Below are positions 9,021 to 16,104 of a DNA stretch of 64,000 nucleotides, one piece after another. The DNA is from an uncultured Bacillota bacterium (lineage in GTDB: Bacteria; Bacillota; Clostridia; Christensenellales; UBA1242): positions 22,273-86,272 of the forward strand of contig URWY01000001.1 of NCBI GenBank assembly GCA_900551705.1, given 5' to 3'. The notes under the pieces were generated by a model. That model was not told where the DNA came from and did no database searches. It saw nothing but the letters and a program-made list of their open reading frames with translations. Each line of letters begins with the position of its first letter. Positions within the stretch are counted from its first letter, which is position 1. The position numbers were made by a program, and so were the translations under genes.

Positions 9021-9923
9021 ATGGAGGAATTTTTTGATTTCACATTTGATGACATAAAAAAAATACATGTAGATAATTTTTGCCAACGAGATCAAATGGT
9101 ATCTTCTAATTTCTTAGCATATAAAGAAAATTTTTTATATAAAAAACAAGAAATAGATGAATCCTTGTTGGGAGAATCTTTTCCGCCTATTGAAGAGATT
9201 CCGAATAAGTTTACTGATTTGGTTTTTGATAACAATTCAAGATATTATGTTGAAGATTTAACATTGAGAAATTATTTGTTAGAAAATACTACACCATACA
9301 AAATTGAAATTTTTAACAATGTTATAGAGGAATCTTCATGGGGGAATTTATTATGTAAAATTTCTATACTTTTATTGACACTATATCCTGATAAAAGAGA
9401 AAATATTTGTGAGTTTAAATGTAATTGGACAAAGTCTGTTATGTTTAGTCAAAGCATGAAGACAAACTTTAAATCTATATTTAAGGGGTTATATATAAAT
9501 TGTAATCATACAGCTGTACATGCGTGTTGGTTTTTACAAGACATTTTAGATTTTTTTGAAATTGATAAATCTAAAGTTTTATTTATAATTCATAGGCCGT
9601 GTGGGTCTGAAGACACAGAAATTAAACAAAAATTAAAGAACTTTTTCGTTCGAGGATTTGCCTATTATTTGATTACTAATAAAAATAAAACACTAGAGAA
9701 AGCAAAAAAAATAATCAATGTAATAGATAAACATTTGAATCCTATTTTGGCGGGTTTGTCAAAGAGCTATAATGATTTATTTTTGTTTAATAACAATATG
9801 ATTGTTATTAATTACACAAAAAAGGTTAGAGATAAATTATCAACAATTTCATCTTATAGTGATGATAATAAACGAATTTTAAATAAATATTTGGATTATT
9901 TGGTAGCGTACTATAAGATATAA
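9021..9923 (+). CDS. 300-aa hypothetical protein (last gene of operon)
   Basis: AAGGAG SD 7 nt upstream. Same strand, 36 nt after the previous gene. Followed by a strong terminator. No recognisable motif. Confidence 0.55.
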   Translation: MEEFFDFTFDDIKKIHVDNFCQRDQMVSSNFLAYKENFLYKKQEIDESLLGESFPPIEEIPNKFTDLVFDNNSRYYVEDLTLRNYLLENTTPYKIEIFNNVIEESSWGNLLCKISILLLTLYPDKRENICEFKCNWTKSVMFSQSMKTNFKSIFKGLYINCNHTAVHACWFLQDILDFFEIDKSKVLFIIHRPCGSEDTEIKQKLKNFFVRGFAYYLITNKNKTLEKAKKIINVIDKHLNPILAGLSKSYNDLFLFNNNMIVINYTKKVRDKLSTISSYSDDNKRILNKYLDYLVAYYKI

Positions 9924-9939
9924 GTGGGAATAAAATTAT

Positions 9940-9971
9940 TCATTGTCTCTCTTTTTGAGATAAAAGAAAAA
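9940..9971. repeat. 32-bp direct repeat, copy 1 (tcattgtctctctttttgAgataaaagaaaaa)
   Basis: 31/32 identical to 12276-12307. Starts 16 nt after the stop of the 300-aa gene and lies upstream of terminator 9992-10027. Confidence 0.9.
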
Positions 9972-9991
9972 TAAAAAATTTAATAGAAATT

Positions 9992-10027
9992 AAAAGAAGA
10001 GTTCAAATGTTGAGCTCTTCTTTTTTA
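9992..10027 (+). terminator. Rho-independent terminator of the 7-gene operon
   Basis: aaaagaagagttcaa-atg-ttgagctcttctttttt: a stem of about 14 bp with one mismatch, followed by a T-run. Confidence 0.7.
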
Positions 10028-10064
10028 TACTTTGATTATAAAATTTTAATTAAATTTTGAAAAT

Positions 10065-12269
10065 TTGAGAAAATTATTACAAATGTGTGTTATACTGTCT
10101 TTGTCAAGTATATTAAAGGATAGGATAAATACGAAAAAAAGTCCACGATGTTTATTTAATAGTGATTTTGAAAATTTTTTAAGTTTAGATACAAGTGCAA
10201 TACTAGGAACTTTATGTGATAGTTATCATGGAACTGCGCTTACTACTACAATAGAAGCATGGAAATCTGAAATTGGAATATTGAAAAACGTTGTTTCAAA
10301 ATTAAATGATGACAGAGGTCAGATTGTTTTTGAGTATGATATTCCACGTTTGGGTAAAAGAATTGACTCTGTACTACTTTATAGGGGTATAGTATTTTGT
10401 CTTGAATTTAAAGTGGGTGAGTCTAAAGTTTTAGAAATGGATGTTGACCAAGTATTGGATTATGCTTTAGATTTAAAGAACTTCCATAAACTTAGCAGAG
10501 ATAAAGTTATTGCGCCGATTTTAATCGCAACAAAATATACAAATAGAACAGATACTATACAAATGTCAGTTTATGATGATAGCGTAATTAATCCACTGGT
10601 TACAGGTGAATTTGGAGTTTTAGAGTTAATAGAAAAAGTTTTAGATAGATTTCCAAATGAAGAAATTGTAGATGCTAATTGGATAATAAGCCCATATGCT
10701 CCAACGCCAACAATTGTTGAAGCGGCTAAAAAACTTTATGAAAATCATTCGGTTGAAGATATTACAAGACATGAAGCAGATGATGTTTCAACTGATAGAA
10801 CAATTAAATATATCCTTGATGTAATTCAAAAAAGTAAAACCAATAGAGAAAAGAGTATTTGTTTTGTAACGGGTGTTCCTGGTGCAGGAAAAACTTTGGT
10901 TGGACTTGATATTGCTGTTCGACAAACATATCAAGGAAGTGATAAGCCAGTTGAAGATGAAGGTGCTGTTTATCTTTCAGGAAATGGTCCATTGGTTGCT
11001 GTTTTGAATGAAGCTTTGGCGAAAGATAATTTCAAGAAGTGTAAAGATAAAGGTGAAAATAAGAAATTATCAGATTCTCGCAGAGAGGTTGGAAAATTTA
11101 TTCAAATAATTCATCGTTATCGTGATAATATGCTAGCAAAAATAAAAAATCCAGTAGAAAATGGAGTGCTGGAAATTGATCCTGAAAAGGCTATAAAACT
11201 TGCTGAATCTGGTTATGGTGAAGTAGAACACGTTGCTATTTTTGATGAAGCACAACGTTCATGGACAAAGAAAAGATTGGCTGATTATTTAAAAAGAGGT
11301 GGAACGTATGGAAATAAATTAAAAGTTCCAAACTTTCCATTATCTGAGGCTGCGTTTTTGATTTGGCCATTAGATCAACGTGAAGACTGGGCAACAATAG
11401 TTTGTTTGGTTGGTGGCGGTCAAGAAATTAACACAGGTGAAGCGGGAATATCTGAATGGATAAAAGCTTTGAATGATATATTTCCACATTGGAAAGTTCA
11501 TATTTCTCCAAAGCTAACAGAGCCTGAATACGCAGAGGGTAAAGTTAATGAATTGTTAGAAAAGAATAATAATGTTTCATATTCTGATGATTTACATTTG
11601 AGTGTTTCACTTCGTTCGTATAGAGCAGAAAAATTATCCGCATTTGTTCATTCAATGCTTTCATTTGAATCTAATGCTGCAGAACTTTATAATGAAATAA
11701 AAGATAAGTATCCAATAGTTTTAGCCAGGGATATGGAAAAAGCTAAAAAGTGGTTGCACGAAAAAGTTAGAGGGACTGAACGTACGGGTGTTTTAGTAAC
11801 AAAAGAATCTGCAAGATTTAAACCACTTGGTATACATATACTTGAAGCGGGTGATGAAAATGCAGTGCACTGGTTCCTTGAAGATAAAGTTGATACTAGA
11901 TCATCAAACTATTTAGAAGATGCTGCAACAGAAATTCAAGTTCAAGGTTTGGAACTTGATTATACTTGCGTGTTGTGGGATGCAGATATGAGATGTAATA
12001 ACGACAAATGGCGTTATTATAAATTTAATGGACAAACAAAATGGGTTGAACAAACACCTGATACAGAAAATAAGCAAGAATTAATTAAATACATGTTAAA
12101 CGCATATAGGGTTCTTTTAACACGTGCTAGAGTAGGTATGGTTATTTGTGTTCCAACAGGTAATCCAAATAAAAATCCAAGCGGATATTGGGAAGATAGT
12201 ACTAGGTTGCCTGAATATTATGATGGAACTTATGAGTATTTAAAAAGTTTAGGTATTGAAGAAATATAA
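10065..12269 (+). CDS. PD-(D/E)xK nuclease-like N-domain fused to DUF2075/SF1-type P-loop ATPase
   Basis: 'GKRIDSVLLYRGIVFCLEFKVGE' (D...ExK). Walker A 'GVPGAGKT'. Walker B 'VAIFDEAQRSW'. C-terminal 'AYRVLLTRARVGMVICV' (SF1 motif VI-like). The true start is uncertain (TTG 10065, ATG 10083 or TTG 10101). Confidence 0.75.
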   Translation: MRKLLQMCVILSLSSILKDRINTKKSPRCLFNSDFENFLSLDTSAILGTLCDSYHGTALTTTIEAWKSEIGILKNVVSKLNDDRGQIVFEYDIPRLGKRIDSVLLYRGIVFCLEFKVGESKVLEMDVDQVLDYALDLKNFHKLSRDKVIAPILIATKYTNRTDTIQMSVYDDSVINPLVTGEFGVLELIEKVLDRFPNEEIVDANWIISPYAPTPTIVEAAKKLYENHSVEDITRHEADDVSTDRTIKYILDVIQKSKTNREKSICFVTGVPGAGKTLVGLDIAVRQTYQGSDKPVEDEGAVYLSGNGPLVAVLNEALAKDNFKKCKDKGENKKLSDSRREVGKFIQIIHRYRDNMLAKIKNPVENGVLEIDPEKAIKLAESGYGEVEHVAIFDEAQRSWTKKRLADYLKRGGTYGNKLKVPNFPLSEAAFLIWPLDQREDWATIVCLVGGGQEINTGEAGISEWIKALNDIFPHWKVHISPKLTEPEYAEGKVNELLEKNNNVSYSDDLHLSVSLRSYRAEKLSAFVHSMLSFESNAAELYNEIKDKYPIVLARDMEKAKKWLHEKVRGTERTGVLVTKESARFKPLGIHILEAGDENAVHWFLEDKVDTRSSNYLEDAATEIQVQGLELDYTCVLWDADMRCNNDKWRYYKFNGQTKWVEQTPDTENKQELIKYMLNAYRVLLTRARVGMVICVPTGNPNKNPSGYWEDSTRLPEYYDGTYEYLKSLGIEEI

Positions 12270-12275
12270 AGGTGC

Positions 12276-12307
12276 TCATTGTCTCTCTTTTTGCGATAAA
12301 AGAAAAA
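12276..12307. repeat. 32-bp direct repeat, copy 2 (tcattgtctctctttttgCgataaaagaaaaa)
   Basis: 31/32 identical to 9940-9971. Starts 6 nt after the stop of the DUF2075-like gene and lies upstream of terminator 12367-12397. Confidence 0.9.
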
Positions 12308-12366
12308 AGTGGCTGAAAAATCTGGCAATAAAATTGAATTTTTAAAAATAATTTATATGGCTAAAT

Positions 12367-12397
12367 CTCTGATAAAATCAGAGGTTTTCTTTTTTTA
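12367..12397 (+). terminator. Rho-independent terminator downstream of the DUF2075-like gene
   Basis: ctctgat-aaa-atcagag 7-bp stem followed by gttttcttttttt. Confidence 0.65.
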
Positions 12398-12456
12398 TGT
12401 AAAGAAATCCAGTGTAAAAAGTGACTTATAAAACCCCTTATATAGAGGAGGTTTTT

Positions 12457-12489
12457 ATGAGTAAGAAGAATAAAATCGGAAGAATATAA
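12457..12489 (+). other. 10-codon micro-ORF (MSKKNKIGRI) with consensus SD
   Basis: GAGGAGG (12445-12451), 5 nt, then ATG. Followed by a GC-richer hairpin-forming stretch and a terminator-like hairpin at 12639-12665 (actggg-aaa-cccagt plus a T-rich tail). Confidence 0.3.
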
Positions 12490-12711
12490 AAGCTTAATTT
12501 ACTAAGCAGGAAAAGGAGTGACGTAAATTGTTTTTTATGTGGCTAAAACCCGCTAGATATGGACACTTTTAGTGCCGTCACGCATTTTGTACGTGCCAGC
12601 ACATTGACTCAATTTGCATCTCTCCGCTTTTCGCCACAACTGGGAAACCCAGTTTGTCTTTATTGAACATTTTATTTAATAAGAAAAAATTTCATTGCCC
12701 CTCTAATTGCA

Positions 12712-12978
12712 ATGAAAAGGAAATCTTATATGAATAAAAACATACAAATAATAAATTTACTAAATAGAGATGAGAAAATAACAAAGATTGAAATAGATAA
12801 AACTACTTTAGAAATAGGTGCTTATTTTTTAAAAAACATACTTAAAAATTTTTTGAGAGATAATGGAGATATAGAGAAAATTAAAAAAGAATATACAGGT
12901 TTTGATTGGACTTGTGAAAGCGTTTGTAATATGTGTGTTTGTGATAATTCAAAAAGGAGTAAAACAAGTGAAAAGTAA
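12712..12978 (+). CDS. 88-aa ORF upstream of and overlapping the recombinase start (possible accessory/directionality factor; may be non-coding)
   Basis: ORF-track entry only, with no motif. Its ATG sits inside an 8-bp inverted repeat (ttcattgc-N10-gcaatgaa, 12691-12716). Confidence 0.3.
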   Translation: MKRKSYMNKNIQIINLLNRDEKITKIEIDKTTLEIGAYFLKNILKNFLRDNGDIEKIKKEYTGFDWTCESVCNMCVCDNSKRSKTSEK

Positions 12979-14571
12979 AGTGGTAATATATGCAAGATTC
13001 AGTTCTCATAGCCAAACAGAACAATCAATTGAAGGACAACTCCGTGAATGTTATGAGTTTGCAAAACGAAATGATTATGTGGTTGTAAATGAGTATATAG
13101 ACCGAGCAATTTCTGGTATGACTGATAATCGACCAGCATTCTTGCAAATGATTGAAGATAGCAAAAAGAAAGAGTTTGAATATGTGCTAGTTTACCAATT
13201 AGATAGATTTGCAAGAAGTAGATATGATAGTGCTAATTACAAAGCAAAGCTAAAAAAGAATGGAGTTAGAGTATTGTCTGCAAGAGAAAATATTTCAGAT
13301 GATGCTAGCGGTGTGCTAATGGAATCTGTGCTAGAAGGTATGGCTGAATACTATTCCAAAGAACTTGGTCAAAAAGTAAGACGAGGAATAAATGAAAGTT
13401 TAATCAAAGGTAACTACATTGGTGGAAGTGTTAATCTAGGATACAAGATTATTGACAAAAAATGGGCGGTAGAACCGCAAGAAGCAATCCTTGTGGAAGA
13501 AGTATTCAAACAGTATGCTAATGGTAAATTTGCAAAAGAAATTTGCGATGATTTGAATAAAAATGGATTTAAGAACAAACAAGGCAAAAAGTTTACAGTT
13601 GAGATAATTGCGAAAATGCTTCGCAATAGAAAATATATTGGTGAATTTAATTGTAAAGGAATAGTTTATAATGATATTGTTCCGCCAATCATAAGCAAGG
13701 AATTATTTGATAAATACAATAAAATTATGGATCAACATAAACATAGACAAAAGCACAAAAATAGAGTTGATGATTACATATTAAGTAGCAAGCTATATTG
13801 TGGATATTGTGGTTGCACTATGACAGCTGAATCTGGTAATGGAAAATGTGGGACAAAACATAGATATTATAAATGTAGGAATCGTAAGCATTTAATAAAA
13901 GAATGCGAAAGTAAAACAATTAGAAAGGATTATATTGAAAATCTAATTGTTGATGTAACAAAGAAACATATTCTAACAAAATCAAGAGTAGATCAAATAG
14001 CAAACTTAATTGCAAAACAATATAATGCCGAATTGGGAGAAAATTTAGAACTTGCAAATTTACAGGCACAATTAAATAGATTGACAAACAAATTGAGTCT
14101 TTAATTACTGCGATTATGAATGGATTAAATTCCAAATCGATTGAATTGAAAATTAAACAATTAGAAAATGAAAAATCCATTTTAACAGAAAAAATGGTTT
14201 TATCAGAATCGCACCAAACGAAGCCAATAAAACCAGAAGATATAAAACACTTTATATATTATTTTATGAGTAAGGATTACTCAAATCACAATGAAAGAGT
14301 GGAGTTCCTTACCAAGTTTATATCAAAAATAATTTATTATAATGACAGACTAATAATTATTTATAATACAAAACAAAACGATAGCGAAGAAATAGTAATT
14401 AACAGCAAAGAAGATATAGAAAAGATTCAGAATACAATAAAAAATTTAGAAGAAAAAAAGTCGCTTGGCGAAATTCACGCCGAACGACAGGTTAATGGCG
14501 GGACAGTAAGGGACTCGAACCCCAGGATGTTTTCACATCAATGGTTTTCAAGTTTTTTACGCACGAGTTAG
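12968..14571 (+). pseudogene. Large serine recombinase, interrupted by a -1 frameshift (two ORFs 12968..14104 and 14080/14116..14571)
   Basis: GTG 12968 has an AAGGAG SD. Resolvase catalytic domain 'VVIYARFSSHSQ...EGQ...', recombinase domain and zinc ribbon 'CGYCGCTM...YYKCRN'. The reading frame stops at 14102-14104 but continues in the -1 frame ('IDKQIESLITAIMNGLNSKSIELKIKQLENEK', a typical LSR coiled coil). The indel must lie within 14080-14101. The joined length of about 534 aa is normal for this family. Confidence 0.8.
14496..14552 (-). pseudogene. Degenerate 3' half of a tRNA-Ser gene (CCA end to anticodon loop); att-type remnant
   Basis: Aligns with 15480-15535 of the intact tRNA-Ser. 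About 41/44 identical over the T-arm, variable arm and anticodon loop, while the acceptor strand has diverged. Similarity ends exactly at ...ggttttcaag (anticodon loop). Confidence 0.8.
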
Positions 14572-14722
14572 TTCGAGTAATTTTAGTTAAAAGTAAGTCA
14601 TTTTGAAAAACCAAAACTGCAAGAGTTTCCCGCATAAAACCAGCGACTTCAAACCTTTTTTTTGTGCAAGTATGATATCATTTGAAGTTAGTTTAGTCAA
14701 GCCTATTAAAAATCAAATTTCT

Positions 14723-14815
14723 AACCCATTTGTTAGAACAAACCGTTTCATAACCACTGCCTGCTATGCTCACTTCGGGAGACCTGAATTCCCATGGGAA
14801 AAAATTAAACCATAA
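14723..14815 (+). pseudogene. Remnant of the 3' end of an S-adenosylmethionine synthetase (metK) gene
   Basis: The tail of track ORF 14603..14815 reads 'TTACYAHFGRPEFPWEKIKP'. Compare the conserved MetK C-terminus TAAYGHFGR..FPWEK (from memory). The upstream part of the ORF has no MetK similarity. Confidence 0.45.
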
Positions 14816-14870
14816 ATGAAAATCTAACATTTTTGTTTGTTCTTTAGAAAAAAGAGTTTATAATGAATTA

Positions 14871-15446
14871 ATGGAAAAAACATTTAAACTTATTAAAATA
14901 ACTAAAGAAAATGTAATTTTGGCAACCGAATTTCAGTCAAGCATTTTTCAAGAGGAATGCGGGTATGGAAGTTTTATGTATTCAATTAAAAAGGAAAGCG
15001 ACTATTTTTCATACTATTTAGCTTATGATAACGAAAACTTGATTGGTATAACAGGTATATATTCATTTGAAAAAGTTGAAGAAACAAATTCGTTATGGCT
15101 TGGATGGTTTGGAGTTTCTCCAATCTATCGCGGAAAAGGCTATGGGAAAGCCTTGTTAAAGCAGACAATTGACATGGTTAAAGGATATGCGAAAAAAGAT
15201 CCTAGAATTAAATATTTTAGACTTTACACATCATCAAGAGACAACCCAGTTGCATGCGAAATGTATCGCAAAGTAATGGATTTTGAAGAAAAATATGAAT
15301 GCGATGGTGATTTTAATTATGACGGAACTTGTCTTATTTTTACCAAATGTATTTGTAAAGATTGCGAAAATCCGCTTTGGAACGATCGATTTTTAAATTT
15401 AAGCAGCATAACAGAAATGGAAAATATTAAGCCCCCAACAATATAA
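14871..15446 (+). CDS. GNAT-family N-acetyltransferase
   Basis: Acetyl-CoA motif A 'VSPIYRGKGYGKALL'. Size 191 aa. Followed by a terminator. Confidence 0.8.
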   Translation: MEKTFKLIKITKENVILATEFQSSIFQEECGYGSFMYSIKKESDYFSYYLAYDNENLIGITGIYSFEKVEETNSLWLGWFGVSPIYRGKGYGKALLKQTIDMVKGYAKKDPRIKYFRLYTSSRDNPVACEMYRKVMDFEEKYECDGDFNYDGTCLIFTKCICKDCENPLWNDRFLNLSSITEMENIKPPTI

Positions 15447-15454
15447 TTATAAAA

Positions 15455-15479
15455 AAGTCTTCAGTTTGAAGACTTTTAT
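15455..15479. terminator. Hairpin terminator between the GNAT gene and the tRNA-Ser 3' end
   Basis: aagtcttca-gtt-tgaagactt 9-bp stem flanked by A-run and T-run, so usable in both directions. Confidence 0.6.
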
Positions 15480-15567
15480 TGGCGCAGAGTTAGGGATTCG
15501 AACCCCAGGATGCTTTCACATCAACGGTTTTCAAGACCGCCGCTTTCGACCGCTCAGCCAACTCTGC
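15480..15567 (-). tRNA. tRNA-Ser (anticodon UGA), class II with long variable arm, encoded CCA
   Basis: The reverse complement folds as GCAGAGT/ACTCTGC acceptor, anticodon loop CUUGAAA, T-loop GGTTCGAATCC and GCCA 3' end. A TTGACA-17-TAAAGT promoter lies upstream on the minus strand. Confidence 0.9.
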
Positions 15568-15701
15568 AAAGCATGATAACTTTATCATATTAATTTTATA
15601 TTGTCAATTATTTTTTGATAAAAAATTTTTAAATTTGGTTTAAAACAAATTATTATTGACAAATATTTAGTTTTGATATAAAATATAATTAGAGGTTAAA
15701 T

Positions 15702-16061
15702 ATGAAAGAAGTTAGATTTGGTAAAAATGTTTATAAAATTGAAAATTTATATAAAGGCTTATCTTTGGACAAAAGCGGTAATTATGTTGTTCAAAGGATG
15801 AATAGCACATCAAGCCGCGTTGGCATTTCAATGGACGCCATGGTAAAAATTGCTGCATCATTTGATAGCAGTGCAATGAATGTTAAAAATAAACTTATGA
15901 TTTATAAAAATGTAAATAAATTGATTGGCGAAGAAAAAGACGATGTCAAAAAGTTTGCATTTATGAAAGCAATTCAAACAATTATGGACGAAAAAGAGTT
16001 GGAACAAAATGCCGAGAAATCAACTGACAGAACAGTATTTTATGGCGGAAGAATTCAATAA
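15702..16061 (+). CDS. Hypothetical protein (119 aa)
   Basis: TTGACA-17-TAAAAT promoter and GAGG SD upstream, terminator downstream. No motif recognised. Confidence 0.5.
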   Translation: MKEVRFGKNVYKIENLYKGLSLDKSGNYVVQRMNSTSSRVGISMDAMVKIAASFDSSAMNVKNKLMIYKNVNKLIGEEKDDVKKFAFMKAIQTIMDEKELEQNAEKSTDRTVFYGGRIQ

Positions 16062-16104
16062 TTTATTAAAATAACAAAAAAAACAAGCAATTTTGCTTGT
16101 TTTT

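Larger units (their letters stand above)
1..14552. mobile_element. Genomic (defence) island adjacent to tRNA-Ser; left end beyond the window
   Basis: A recombinase at the right end abuts the tRNA-Ser 3'-half copy. The cargo consists of nuclease, helicase and ATPase genes. The adjoining 14553-15479 segment (GNAT gene plus metK remnant) is bracketed by the tRNA fragment and the intact tRNA. Confidence 0.5.

Noticed and set aside
10084-10096. Extended -10-like 'TGTGTTATACT' near the start of the DUF2075-like ORF
   Set aside because: It lies inside the annotated ORF, and no in-frame ATG/GTG/TTG with an SD follows it before the conserved N-terminal region. I cannot decide between the candidate starts, so no promoter is reported.
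14603-14815. 70-aa ORF as a genuine gene
   Set aside because: It has a TTG start, no SD, and only its last 20 or so residues are meaningful (MetK tail). I treat it as a gene remnant.
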